IMG/VR virus record: IMGVR_UViG_3300001730_000004
Coordinates: 1-41,538 of that record
Reading direction: 5' to 3' (one strand)
DNA from: a virus
Lineage: Duplodnaviria > Caudoviricetes
Length of the DNA stretch: 41,538 bases
Shown here: piece by piece, positions 8,666 to 18,484 of the stretch
How the letters are laid out: each line of letters opens with the position of its first letter
Position numbering within the stretch: position 1 is the stretch's first letter
The notes under the pieces: generated by a model
The model's database searches: none
What the model was told of the DNA's origin: nothing
The model's input: only the letters and a program-made list of their open reading frames with translations
Position numbers and translations under genes: made by a program

Positions 8666-10129
8666 ATGAGTCTGCCTTCCGTGACCATCACCGAGCTCGA
8701 CGGCGCGCTGGGGATCCTGCCCACGACGGCGGGTCGCCTGTTCGCCGTGGTCGGCGTCGCCTCGCTCGGGCCGACCAACGTGCCTGCCACCTTCGCGAGC
8801 CGGCGCGCGCTGGTGGCGGCGCACGGCGACGGCCCCGCGGTGGAGGCCGCCGCGCTGTACATCGAGCGCTACGGTCGCCCCGTCGTCTTCGTCCGCACGG
8901 GGGCGTCCAACCCGGGCAGCTACCCCGCCGGCGCGGCGGTCGTCTTCGCGGGCACCGGCACGAGCGTGGTCAGCGTCGACGACGTCGGCACCGCGCCGCA
9001 GGACGACTACGAGTTCTACTTCGAGGTGGTGGACGGCGGCACGATCGGCGTCGACGGGATCACCTTCCGGTGGTCGCTCGACGGCGGCCGGACGCGCTCC
9101 CCGGTGACCGCCCTCGGCGTCGCGACGAGCTTCGTGTTCCCGGGCTCGGGCGGCACTCAGATCAACTTCGCCATCGGCACGCTCGTGGGCGGTGACCGCG
9201 TGACCTTCCGCGGCGACGCGCCGCTGTGGTCGGGCGCGGAGATCGCCAGCGCTCTCGACGCGCTCTTCGACACGGCCGCGAGCTGGGAGATCTGCCACGT
9301 CGTGGGAAACCTGGACGCGACGAGCTTCGACGTGATCGACCCGAAGTTCACCGGGGCGCTCGCCGCCGGCCGCTACCGCTCCTGGTACGGCCACACCCGC
9401 ATGCCGGACCTGGGGGAGACCGAGGCCGCCTACCTGGCGGCGCTCCAGGGGATCTTCTCCTCGAAGGCCACGGTGCACGGCAGCTTGTGCGCGGGGGCGG
9501 CGAAGATGCTCTCCAGCGTCAGCGGGCGGATCTACCGCCGCCCGGTCTCGTTCGTCGTCGCTGCGCGCGAGCAGTCGGTGAGCGAGGAGGTCAACATCGC
9601 CGACCTGAACCTCGGGCCGCTGCCCGGGGTTTCGATTCGCGACCCGAAGGGCAACGCGGACGAGCACGACGAGGCGCTCAACCCCGGCCTGGACGACGCG
9701 CGGTTCACGGTGCTGCGGACGTGGGAGGGCATCGCCGGCGTGTACGTGAACCGGCCGCGCGTGTTCAGCCCCGAGGGATCGGACTTCGACCTCCACACGA
9801 AGCGGCGGGTGATCAACCTCGCCCACGGCGCGCTGCGAGCGTACTTCGTGCGCCGCCTGAACCGCCCGATCCGCGTCGACGCGGTCAGCGGGACCATCCT
9901 CGAGGAGGACGCGCTCGAGATCGAGTCGGGCGCGCGCGCGGCGCTGCGCAGCGTGCTGCTGGCCAAGCCGAAGGCGAGCGGCATCCAGGTCAGCGTCTCC
10001 CGCACCGACAACCTCCTGTCCACCAAGCTCCTGAACGGCAGCGCGCGCGTGATCCCGCTCGCCTACGCCGAGTTCATCGAGATCGACCTCGGGTTCCTCA
10101 ACCCCGCGCTCCAAGTGCAGACGGTTTAG
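8666..10129 (+). CDS. Tail sheath protein (DUF2586-like)
   Basis: RBS GAGGAG; MSLPSVTITELDGALG start; LDDARFTVLRTWEG..GVY and GSDF...RVIN motifs; 487 aa. Confidence 0.85.
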   Translation: MSLPSVTITELDGALGILPTTAGRLFAVVGVASLGPTNVPATFASRRALVAAHGDGPAVEAAALYIERYGRPVVFVRTGASNPGSYPAGAAVVFAGTGTSVVSVDDVGTAPQDDYEFYFEVVDGGTIGVDGITFRWSLDGGRTRSPVTALGVATSFVFPGSGGTQINFAIGTLVGGDRVTFRGDAPLWSGAEIASALDALFDTAASWEICHVVGNLDATSFDVIDPKFTGALAAGRYRSWYGHTRMPDLGETEAAYLAALQGIFSSKATVHGSLCAGAAKMLSSVSGRIYRRPVSFVVAAREQSVSEEVNIADLNLGPLPGVSIRDPKGNADEHDEALNPGLDDARFTVLRTWEGIAGVYVNRPRVFSPEGSDFDLHTKRRVINLAHGALRAYFVRRLNRPIRVDAVSGTILEEDALEIESGARAALRSVLLAKPKASGIQVSVSRTDNLLSTKLLNGSARVIPLAYAEFIEIDLGFLNPALQVQTV

Positions 10130-10147
10130 CCCGGAAAGGACGCGACC

Positions 10148-10615
10148 ATGGCTGACGACATTCGGGTGAACGGCAACCAGTTCGACTGGGCCTCGATCGC
10201 GCTCAAGCTGCTCGAGGAGCGCTACTTCGGCGTCACGGCGATCAGCTACGGCGACGCGCGCGAGCGCACCAAGGCGTGGGGCATGGGGCGCTCGCGCCGG
10301 CCGCGCGGCCGTACGAGCGGCAAGTACGTCCCGGAGCCGGTGACGATCACCATGTGGAAGGGCAGCTCGCAGACCTTCCTGCGGGCTCTCGCCGACGCGG
10401 GGGACGGGGTCTCCTTCGGCAACACGGTCTTTCAGATCGTCGTGCAGTACGTCGAGCCCGACGAGACGCCGATCACCGTCGAGATCGAGGACTGCGTGGT
10501 GACGAAGGTGACCGCGAGCGAGGAGGAGGGCTCCGACCCGCTGAAGGTGGAGCTGGAGATCGACACGATGGCCGTCCGCCGCAACGGGCTGACGCTCTTC
10601 GACGCGCGGGACTGA
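10148..10615 (+). CDS. Tail tube protein
   Basis: Follows the sheath; VNGNQFDWASI...ISYGD...GRTSG.Y pattern; RBS AAAGGA. Confidence 0.8.
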   Translation: MADDIRVNGNQFDWASIALKLLEERYFGVTAISYGDARERTKAWGMGRSRRPRGRTSGKYVPEPVTITMWKGSSQTFLRALADAGDGVSFGNTVFQIVVQYVEPDETPITVEIEDCVVTKVTASEEEGSDPLKVELEIDTMAVRRNGLTLFDARD

Positions 10616-10631
10616 ACAACGGAGTGAGGGC

Positions 10632-11129
10632 ATGAACGAGCAACGAACCGAACAGCACCACACCGAGAAGGCGCACGCCGAGCAGGCGCACGCCGACGAG
10701 CTCGAGGAAGCGGCGACGCGACTGGCCCGCGCCCGCGAGCGGACGCGCGCGCTCGAGCAGCAACGCGAAGCGCGCCTCGACCGCCACCGCCTCCTCGAGG
10801 AAGCGCGGCTCGCGGAGATCGAGGCGGCCGACCTCGCGGCGATCGACAAGGCCGAGACCGAGCACGGGATCGGCCGCGTCCGCGTCGTGCACACCACCCT
10901 CGGGTGCGTGATCGTCAAGCGCCCTGACCCGATCCTCTACAAGCGCTTCCGCGACCGGGGCAAGGCGAAGACGGAGGACCTCTACCGTCTCGCGACCAAG
11001 TGCGTCGTCCACCCCACGATCGAGCGTTGGGACGTGATGCTCGAGGAGCTGCCGGCCGTGCTCGACCAGGTGGCGGACGAGGTCGTGACTCTCGCGGGCG
11101 TGCGCTCCGGAGAGCTCGCGGGAAAATAG
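10632..11129 (+). CDS. Tail assembly chaperone (short form)
   Basis: Between tube and tape measure; ends in the slippery sequence G GGA AAA TAG. Confidence 0.75.
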   Translation: MNEQRTEQHHTEKAHAEQAHADELEEAATRLARARERTRALEQQREARLDRHRLLEEARLAEIEAADLAAIDKAETEHGIGRVRVVHTTLGCVIVKRPDPILYKRFRDRGKAKTEDLYRLATKCVVHPTIERWDVMLEELPAVLDQVADEVVTLAGVRSGELAGK

Positions 11130-11320
11130 CCGAGCTCCGACGCCTCAGCAGGGGCGACCTCGGAGCGGCGGCGAGCTGCCTCCTCGCAGCGTTGGGCAAC
11201 GAGGAGCACGCGACCGACGCCGAGCTCGTCCGCGCCGTCGCTGGGGCCTCCCTGCTCGCCGAAGCGCTCCACGAGGTGCGCCAGATCCGTCGCCTCCTCT
11301 CTGCACCGACAAAGGACTGA
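11120..11320 (+). CDS. -1 frameshift extension of the tail assembly chaperone (GT-like)
   Basis: X XXY YYZ heptamer GGGAAAA at 11120-11126. The -1 frame is open (GKIAELRR...APTKD) to TGA 11320, 3 nt before the tape measure start. Confidence 0.75.
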   Translation, partial: GKIAELRRLSRGDLGAAASCLLAALGNEEHATDAELVRAVAGASLLAEALHEVRQIRRLLSAPTKD

Positions 11321-11323
11321 GAC

Positions 11324-13198
11324 ATGGTCGAGACCGCCACATTCGCCATCGAGCTCGAGGACGACACGTCCGGCGCGGCCGAGCAGGCGGCGCAGTCGCT
11401 CGAGCGGCTGCAGGAGCGCATCGACGACGACGTCAAGGCGCTGCGCGAGATGCAGCGCGCCATGCGGAACCTCAAGGGCGGGACGGCCACCAGCAGCGCG
11501 GCCTTCAAGGAGCTGCGCGACCGAATCACGGCTAAGAAGACGGCCGTTGCCGCCGCCCAGGAGCAGTTCATCGAGCTGGGCGGAACGTTCGGGACCGCGC
11601 GCAAAAAGGCGCGCGAGGCCGCCGGAGGCGTCGGGGAGCTCGGAGGAGACCTCGCGCGTGCGGGCGGCCAGACGCGCAAGTTCTCCGGAGGGCTCGGGGA
11701 GCTGGAGGGGATGCTCGCGCGCACGGGCGGGCCGCTGGCCACCATGAGCAGCAGGATCTCGCGGCTCGGTGCGCTGCTGTCCAATCCGCTGACGCTCGTG
11801 CTGGCGCTCGCGGCGGCGCTGGTGACGTTCGCCGCGGCGACGGGAGCGGCGGTCGCGGCTCTCTTCCGCTACGGCGTCGCACAGTCGGACGCGCGGCGCA
11901 GCGAGGCGCTTCGGTTGGAGGGCCTCAACACGCTGCGACGCGCGTACGGGCTGACCACCGCGAGCGTCGAGGCCATGCAGGCCGCGATCGACCGGGCCTC
12001 TGACAGCACCAACCTCGGCCGCACCGTGCTCGCCGGCTACGCGCGGCAGCTCTCGCGCGCGGGGCTGCGAGGCGACGCGCTCACCGACGCGGTGGAGGCC
12101 ATGGGCATCGCGGCCATGGTCCAGGGCGACCGGGGCGCGGCCCGCTTCCGCGCCCTCGCGGTCCAGGCGCGGCTGACGGGCGGCTCCGTGCGCGACCTCG
12201 CGGAGGACTACCGCCGCCGCCTCGGGCCGATCGCCCGCCGGCAGATGCTCTCGCTCGACAACCAGACCACGCGCCTGCGGCGAAACCTGGAGCGCATCTT
12301 CAGCGGGCTGCGGCTCGAGTCGTTCCTGAGCGGGATCGCGCAGGTCGCCGACCTCTTCAGCCAGTCCACCGCGAGCGGCCGGGCGCTCAAGTCCATCGTC
12401 GAGGCGCTGTTCCAGCCCATGCTCGAGCAGCTCGGCCGGCTCGCCCCGCTCGCGCGCGCGTTCTTCCAGGGGATGGTGATCGGCGCGCTCTTGCTCGCGA
12501 TCGCGTTCGTCCGCGTCCGGAGCGCGCTGCGGGAGGCCTTCGGCGACAGCACGCTGCTCAAGAACACCGACCTGGTGCGCGTCGCCCTCTTCGCAGGCGC
12601 CGCCGCGATGTTCGTGTTCGCGGCCGCGGTGGGCGTCGTCGCGGTCGCGCTCACCGGGCTCGTCGCCCTGGTCGGGGCGACGGTCGCCGCGTTCGCGGTC
12701 GTCGTCGGGCTGGTCCCCGCTGCGATCGTGGGGCTGTTCATGCTCGGCCAGGCGATCGGGCGCACGATCAACGACCTGCGCGAGATCGACGTCGGCTCGC
12801 TGGCGAGCGCCATCGTCGGAGGGCTCGTCGCGGGGCTGACCGCGGGCGCGTCTCGGGTCCAGGCCGCGATGCGCGGCCTGGCGCAGTCCGCGACGCGCTC
12901 GTTCCGCGAGACGCTGGGGATCGCGTCCCCCTCGCGCGTGTTCGCCGAGCTCGGCGGGCAGATCGGCGAAGGCGTCATGGTCGGCGTCGACCGCAGCGCG
13001 GGGGGCGTCGACGACGCGGTCAACCGCCTGGTCGACGTGCCCGAGGGCGGGGCCGTGGGTGGGACCGTGTCCGTCACGATCGGCGACGTGGTGGTCCAGG
13101 CCGGCCAGACGGACGACCCGGACGCGCTGGCCGAGGCGGTCCGCGACCGCCTCGCGGACCTGCTCTCCGGCCTCTCGATCGAGCTGGGGGCCACGTGA
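11324..13198 (+). CDS. Tail tape measure protein
   Basis: Ala/Gly-rich helical 624 aa with hydrophobic stretches; LGIASPSRVF motif; position after the chaperones. Confidence 0.85.
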   Translation: MVETATFAIELEDDTSGAAEQAAQSLERLQERIDDDVKALREMQRAMRNLKGGTATSSAAFKELRDRITAKKTAVAAAQEQFIELGGTFGTARKKAREAAGGVGELGGDLARAGGQTRKFSGGLGELEGMLARTGGPLATMSSRISRLGALLSNPLTLVLALAAALVTFAAATGAAVAALFRYGVAQSDARRSEALRLEGLNTLRRAYGLTTASVEAMQAAIDRASDSTNLGRTVLAGYARQLSRAGLRGDALTDAVEAMGIAAMVQGDRGAARFRALAVQARLTGGSVRDLAEDYRRRLGPIARRQMLSLDNQTTRLRRNLERIFSGLRLESFLSGIAQVADLFSQSTASGRALKSIVEALFQPMLEQLGRLAPLARAFFQGMVIGALLLAIAFVRVRSALREAFGDSTLLKNTDLVRVALFAGAAAMFVFAAAVGVVAVALTGLVALVGATVAAFAVVVGLVPAAIVGLFMLGQAIGRTINDLREIDVGSLASAIVGGLVAGLTAGASRVQAAMRGLAQSATRSFRETLGIASPSRVFAELGGQIGEGVMVGVDRSAGGVDDAVNRLVDVPEGGAVGGTVSVTIGDVVVQAGQTDDPDALAEAVRDRLADLLSGLSIELGAT

Positions 13199-13749
13199 CC
13201 TTCAACCCCCTCGACGAGCCGGTCGACCACATCCTGCTCGCGGGCCAGCGCTCGCCGGGGCTGGCGGTGGTCACCAACGCAGACTCACTGCGGCGGTGGG
13301 ACGAGCGTCGCGGCTACGCGCTCAGCGGCGCGCGCGTGGTGTTCCGGGGCATCGGGCTCGCTCGCCCAGTCGTGACGCTGCGGCTGCTGAGCGCCGAAGA
13401 CTGGGCCGCGTGGCACGAGTGGCGCCCGCTGGTGCAGCGCCCCCCGGTGGGCGAGCGCGCGCGCGCGCAGGACATCTGGCACCCGATCCTCGAGGACCTG
13501 GAGATCGTGTCCGTCGTGGTCGAGAACGTGCTGCAGCCGGTGCAGGTCGCGGACGGCGAGTGGAACGTGGTGCTCAAGTTCATCGAGTTCCGTCGGCCCA
13601 TCCCGACCCTGGAGACCGTCGGCGCGTCACAGAGCCGGCCCGCCACGGCGGCCGAGAAGTCGATCACGGCGCTGACTCAGATCCTCGACAACGACGGCCG
13701 CGGCGACCCGCTGCAGGCGCTCGCGCCCGTGCTCGGAGGTGGCGGGTGA
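13195..13749 (+). CDS. Baseplate/tail-tube initiator protein (putative)
   Basis: GTGA-coupled to tape measure; SPG...R.WD...GY..SGA pattern typical of this slot. Confidence 0.5.
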   Translation: MTFNPLDEPVDHILLAGQRSPGLAVVTNADSLRRWDERRGYALSGARVVFRGIGLARPVVTLRLLSAEDWAAWHEWRPLVQRPPVGERARAQDIWHPILEDLEIVSVVVENVLQPVQVADGEWNVVLKFIEFRRPIPTLETVGASQSRPATAAEKSITALTQILDNDGRGDPLQALAPVLGGGG

Positions 13750-14960
13750 GCGCGTACCTCAGCGTCGAGGGCCAGCGGCTGCTGGAGGTGCGGCTGCACG
13801 TGCCGAACGCCGGACCGTGGTGGGCGGACGTCGTCTTCGAGGGGGCGCCCGCGCTGTCGGGCGCCGTCGAGCTGGCGGTGGGCGCGCTGCGGCTGCGGGG
13901 CACGCTCAGCCCGCTCGCCGGCGGCGTGTTCGGCGCGCAGCGACACGCGCGGATCGTCGCGGGCGGCGGCGGGTGGGGCACGCTCCTCGAGCCGCTGCAC
14001 TACCACAACGACGGCGGCGTCCGGGTGCGCACGGTGGCCGAGGATGCGGCGCGCCTCGCCGGTGAGCGGCTGGGCGAGCTCGCCCCGGAGCGAGACCCGG
14101 TCGGCGTGGACTACGTGCGCCAGGCGGGGCCCGCCTCGCGCGTGCTCGAGGACGTGATCGGCGCCGCCGCCTGGTGGGTCGACTACGACGGGCTGACCCA
14201 CGTCGGAGAGCGCGCGGCGGTGGAGGTCGACGCCACGACCTACCAGGTGCTCGAGCACGACCCGCGGCAGCGCCTCGCGACGCTCGCGGTGGACGAGATC
14301 GGCGCGGTGCCGGTCGGCGCCGTGCTCACCGCGGGCCTGGAGGCGCCGCTGACGGTGCGCGAGCTCGACGTGCGCGTGACGCCCGAGCAGAGCCGCGTCA
14401 TGGCGTGGGGCGGCGGCGGCGCGGCCGAGCCGGGCCGCCTCGCGGGCCTCGTGCGGGGGATCGTCGAGCGCGTCGTCGAGGGCCGCCTCTACGGCCGCTA
14501 CCGCTACCGCGTCGCGGCCATGAGCGGCGACCGCGTCGAGCTGCAGGCGGTGAGCCGGACGGCCGGGCTCCCGGACACGCTCCCGGTCTCTCAGCGCCCA
14601 GGCGCGGCCGGGGCGCACGCGCGGCTGTCGAGCGGCGCGCTCGTGCTCGTGGAGTTCATCGAGGGGGACCGGACGCTGCCCGTCGTGACCGCGTTCGCCG
14701 GCCGCGGCGAGCAGGGCCACGCCGCCGACGAGCTCGACCTCAGCGTCACCACGGCCCTGCGCCTCGGGGGAGCCGGCGCGAGCGAGGGCGTGCTCCTCGG
14801 CACCTCGCACAAGGACTGGGCCGACAAGCACACGCACGGCTACCTCGGAGACTCCGGCACGCCCGCCAACACCACCCCGCCGATCCAAGCCGGCTACCTC
14901 GGCGGACCTGGCGTCCCGGACCCCGCCCCCGCCCCCTCGAGCAAGGTGTTCGTCGAGTGA
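13746..14960 (+). CDS. Baseplate hub protein, apparently fused to an OB-fold/central spike
   Basis: GTGA-coupled; hub-like N-terminal part (WWVDYDG.THVG); C-terminal GALVLVEFIEGDRTLPVV OB-fold pattern and H-x-H (KHTHG). Confidence 0.6.
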   Translation: MSAYLSVEGQRLLEVRLHVPNAGPWWADVVFEGAPALSGAVELAVGALRLRGTLSPLAGGVFGAQRHARIVAGGGGWGTLLEPLHYHNDGGVRVRTVAEDAARLAGERLGELAPERDPVGVDYVRQAGPASRVLEDVIGAAAWWVDYDGLTHVGERAAVEVDATTYQVLEHDPRQRLATLAVDEIGAVPVGAVLTAGLEAPLTVRELDVRVTPEQSRVMAWGGGGAAEPGRLAGLVRGIVERVVEGRLYGRYRYRVAAMSGDRVELQAVSRTAGLPDTLPVSQRPGAAGAHARLSSGALVLVEFIEGDRTLPVVTAFAGRGEQGHAADELDLSVTTALRLGGAGASEGVLLGTSHKDWADKHTHGYLGDSGTPANTTPPIQAGYLGGPGVPDPAPAPSSKVFVE

Positions 14961-15439
14961 GCGCGCTCGTCAAAGACGCCATCGCGGAGGAGCTCGCGAC
15001 GCTCGAGCGCCTCGTCGATCCGCCCGTCCCGCCGTTCGGCTACGGCTCGGACATCCGGGGCACCCAGGATCTCGACCCGAGCATGCGCGAGACCGACGGC
15101 CGCTCGACGCTGGCGCTCGCTGAGGCGCTGGTGCGCCGGCTCGACTGCCCGCGCGGCGCGCTGCCCGACGCGCCCGACTACGGGCTCGACCTGCGGGGCT
15201 ACCTCCACCGCGGCGTCACGGCTGACCAGGTGCGCGCCCTGGGCGGGCAGGTCCGTGGCGAGCTGCTCAAGGACGACCGTGTCGCGTCCCTCGTCGTGAC
15301 CGTCCGACCCTCCGCAGACGGCCGCCTGCTCCGGCTGGAGCTCGCCGTCAGCGCCATCGATCCCGCGGTGGGCGACTTCGCGCTCACCCTCTCCGCGTCG
15401 AGCGCGGAGGTCCTCCTCGAAGAGATCCGGAGCGCCTGA
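14957..15439 (+). CDS. Baseplate wedge / sheath initiator (gp25/gp46-like)
   Basis: RRL..PRG.L...PDYG.DL and ELLKDDRV motifs; directly before baseplate J. Confidence 0.7.
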   Translation: MSALVKDAIAEELATLERLVDPPVPPFGYGSDIRGTQDLDPSMRETDGRSTLALAEALVRRLDCPRGALPDAPDYGLDLRGYLHRGVTADQVRALGGQVRGELLKDDRVASLVVTVRPSADGRLLRLELAVSAIDPAVGDFALTLSASSAEVLLEEIRSA

Positions 15440-16617
15440 TGCCGACCCTGGAAGAGCTGACCACGCCCCTGACCCGCGAGGAGATCGAGGCCTCGATCTA
15501 CGCGTCGATCGAGGCCCGCGGCGTCGAGACCACGAGCTGGAAGGAGGGGGCGATCGTGCGGACGATCATCACCGGCGCGGCCGTGGTGCTGGCGGCGTAC
15601 AGCAAGCTCGCGGCGCGCATCGCGGAGAGCGGGTTCCTCGAGCTGTCCGAGAGCGACTGGCTGAGCCTGACGAGCCGGTTCGTGTACGGCGTCGAGCGCA
15701 ACCAGGGCACCTTCGCCACCGGCGACGTCGTGTTCAGCAACACGGGCGGCCTCGTCTTCAGCTTCGGCGTGGGCGACGTGGTGGTCATCAACCCCACCGC
15801 GGGTACCGGCGGCAAGTCGTACCGCAACACCGCACCGTTCAGCCTGGGCGCGTTCGAGTCGAACGTGGTGGTCCCGGTGCAGGCCCTCGAGCTCGGAGCC
15901 GAGAGCACGGCCCCAGCCGGCGCCATCAACACGCTGGAGACCGCGCTGACGGGGGTGACGGTGACGAACCCGAGCGCGCTGGTGGGCGAGGACCCGGAGA
16001 CGGACCCGCAGCTGCGCGCGCGCTGCCTGGCGAAGCTGGGGACGCTGAGCCCGAACGGCCCGCGCGCGGCGTACCGGTTCCAGGCGCTGAGCGCGCGGAC
16101 GACCGGCGGCATCGGGGCGGGCGTCACGCGCGTGACGACGATCGCGGACGGGACGGGGCACGTGGCCGTGTACGTGGCGACCGGCTCGGGCGGAGTGACC
16201 GGCGTGGTGGGCGACCCGAGCACCCCGCTGGGCGCCGTCGACGTGGCCATCCGCGAGCTCGTGCTGCCCGTGGGGGTGAGCACGACGATCGCGAGCGCCA
16301 CGCCGCTCGTCATCGCGGTGACGTACGAGGTGTGGGTGCGCAGCACGATCGGGCTGACGGCGAGCGAGGTCGCCGCCCAGGTCGAGACGGCGCTGGCGCC
16401 CTTCGTGGGGCAGCTGCCGATCGGCGGCCTGCGCAAGTTCACGGGCGCGGGGAGCGTGTACGCCGAGCTGCTCGAGGCGGCGATCGGGGAGACCATCGGC
16501 GCCGAGCACCTCGTCGACCTGCAGCTGAGCGTCCCGGCGGCCGACGTGCCGGTCGCGCCGACGGAGGCGCCCGTGCTCGGGGTCGTCACCGCGACCGTCC
16601 ACCTGGTGGCCAGCTGA
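15439..16617 (+). CDS. Baseplate J-like wedge protein
   Basis: ATG overlaps the upstream stop; VTVTNP...GEDPETD..LRAR, G...AY and G.G.V.VYV motifs. Confidence 0.85.
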   Translation: MPTLEELTTPLTREEIEASIYASIEARGVETTSWKEGAIVRTIITGAAVVLAAYSKLAARIAESGFLELSESDWLSLTSRFVYGVERNQGTFATGDVVFSNTGGLVFSFGVGDVVVINPTAGTGGKSYRNTAPFSLGAFESNVVVPVQALELGAESTAPAGAINTLETALTGVTVTNPSALVGEDPETDPQLRARCLAKLGTLSPNGPRAAYRFQALSARTTGGIGAGVTRVTTIADGTGHVAVYVATGSGGVTGVVGDPSTPLGAVDVAIRELVLPVGVSTTIASATPLVIAVTYEVWVRSTIGLTASEVAAQVETALAPFVGQLPIGGLRKFTGAGSVYAELLEAAIGETIGAEHLVDLQLSVPAADVPVAPTEAPVLGVVTATVHLVAS

Positions 16618-17396
16618 TGGCGAGCTCTCCTCCGGTCTCGTTCGCGGCCGAGATCCTCCTCATCTGCCCTCCCTGGCTGCGGCGCCCGGTGGGCGGCGCG
16701 CTGATGGCCGCGCTGGGTGAGGCGGTGGACGTGGCGACACAGCGGGCGGTGGACGGCGTCGCGCTGCGCTTCCCGTCGGCCGCGCAGCCCCGCGCGCTGA
16801 CGTACCTGGGGCGCCAGCGCCAGATCCTCCGTGGGCCGGGCGAGGACGGGGCCACGTTCGCGGCCCGGATGCTCACGTGGTGGGACGCGCACCGGACCCG
16901 CGGCGGACCGTACGCGCTGCTCGGGCAGCTGCACGCGTTCTTCGTCAGCTCGCTCGCCGTACCGATCGCGCTCGTCGCGAACTCCGGGTTCCGCCACCAG
17001 GTGGACGTCGCCGGCGCGATCACCGAGGACACGATCAGCTGGGGCGGCGACGGCGAGCACCCGGCGCGGTGGGCTCGCCTCTTCCTGTTCTTCTCGCTGA
17101 GCGGCACGACGGTGGGGATCCCGCTGCTGACCGAGAGCGGCGAGCCGCTGCTGGCCGAGAGCGGCGAGCCGCTGCTCGCGGAGGTGTCGATCTACGCGAT
17201 GAGCGACGCGGAGCGGGAGCTGTTCTGCGCGGTGCCGCGCGAGTGGAGCGCGGCGCACATCGACCGCATCTACCTGACCCTGCTGCCGCCCGAGGGCGAC
17301 GTGTGGGGCTACCCGCCGGGCGGCACGTGGGCCGACGACGACCCCTCGCCCGGACAGGTCTGGGGCGGAAACCTGGCCGTCCAGTTCGTTTGCTAG
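16617..17396 (+). CDS. Baseplate wedge protein (tail protein I / gp48-like) with inserted ESG repeat
   Basis: ATG overlaps the J stop; L..LGR.R...RGPGE and RGG motifs; LLTESGEPLLAESGEPLLAE repeat. Confidence 0.6.
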   Translation: MASSPPVSFAAEILLICPPWLRRPVGGALMAALGEAVDVATQRAVDGVALRFPSAAQPRALTYLGRQRQILRGPGEDGATFAARMLTWWDAHRTRGGPYALLGQLHAFFVSSLAVPIALVANSGFRHQVDVAGAITEDTISWGGDGEHPARWARLFLFFSLSGTTVGIPLLTESGEPLLAESGEPLLAEVSIYAMSDAERELFCAVPREWSAAHIDRIYLTLLPPEGDVWGYPPGGTWADDDPSPGQVWGGNLAVQFVC

Positions 17397-17406
17397 CCGG
17401 AGAGTC

Positions 17407-18054
17407 ATGCCGAAAGACCTCGTCGACGTAGATGCCTTCACCAGCCCGATCACGGTTCCGGTCGACGGCGACCCGCGCAACGCGCTGTCGGTGGAGGTCC
17501 CGTTCCAGGCCCTCGCGGACCGGACGCGCCACGTGTTCAGTCGCTTCGACGGCGCCGGCGAGATCGACCTCCCCGCGCCGCTCAGCTGGATCGGCTACCT
17601 CGGAGCGGGCGCGCTGCAGCTCGAGACGCTGAACAACGCGGACTTCCTCCCGGCCCGCGGCGCGCTCGACGTGCGCCGGAATTTCGGGCTCGCGTGGTGG
17701 GACCTGTCGCGGTTGCCGCGCCACGCCTCGATCGTCCGGGTGCGCGTGCTCCTCAACCCCGGGGTCGCGCGCGCGGGCACCAACCGCATGAAGGTGGAGC
17801 TCCAGCGCGACAACTACGGCATCAGCTTCGCCAAGCCCATCAGCGTCACCACCACCGTGGTGGGGTCGGTGTTCGACGACGGCACGACGGACCTGCAGTG
17901 GGTGACGATCGACCTGTCGGGCAGCCCGGTCGCGGTCTCGCTGGGGGCGCAGTGGTCGCTCGAGGTCGCCGCGGGCAACGACGCCGCGACCAACAACGAC
18001 CGGATCCGCGCGGCCCTGGTCGAGCTGCAGAGCAGCAAGCTCTCGAACCTCTGA
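17407..18054 (+). CDS. Tail fibre / baseplate-attached protein (putative)
   Basis: P.DGD...A......QALADRT is a fibre-anchor-like N-terminus; beta-sandwich-like remainder. Confidence 0.5.
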   Translation: MPKDLVDVDAFTSPITVPVDGDPRNALSVEVPFQALADRTRHVFSRFDGAGEIDLPAPLSWIGYLGAGALQLETLNNADFLPARGALDVRRNFGLAWWDLSRLPRHASIVRVRVLLNPGVARAGTNRMKVELQRDNYGISFAKPISVTTTVVGSVFDDGTTDLQWVTIDLSGSPVAVSLGAQWSLEVAAGNDAATNNDRIRAALVELQSSKLSNL

Positions 18055-18061
18055 GGACGAC

Positions 18062-18484
18062 ATGTCGAAGCGAGTCACCGAGCTGCCCGAGATCCTGACG
18101 CTCACCGACGACGACCAGCTCCTGGTGGTCGACGACGCGGACGGCTCGTCCAAGCGCATCCGGCGCGCCAACGTCTCGCTGAGCGCCGAGCAGGTCACCG
18201 AGCTGGGGACCACACGCACGACCGGCGACGGGGACCGCGACCGCAGCGTCTATTACGAGTCGGCCTCCCCGGTGACCGTGACGGTCGACGCCGGGACGGC
18301 TGGCACGAGCAGCCGACACAACCAGGCAGGCGCTGGCAAGGTGACGTTCGTCCCCGGCGTCGGGGTGACGTTGCGCCACGGCGCGACCTTCGTCCCGGCG
18401 ATCGCCGAGCAGTACCAGGGCGCCGTGCTCGAGTGGCGGACCGCCACCGAAGTGTGGATCGCCGGAGATCTCGAGGTCGCGTGA
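18062..18484 (+). CDS. Tail fibre adaptor protein (putative)
   Basis: RBS GAGGA; N-terminal KRVTELP...LLVVD...SKRI motif; C-terminal QAGAGKVTF..G.GVTL...QY.....WIAGDL fibre domain. Confidence 0.55.
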   Translation: MSKRVTELPEILTLTDDDQLLVVDDADGSSKRIRRANVSLSAEQVTELGTTRTTGDGDRDRSVYYESASPVTVTVDAGTAGTSSRHNQAGAGKVTFVPGVGVTLRHGATFVPAIAEQYQGAVLEWRTATEVWIAGDLEVA

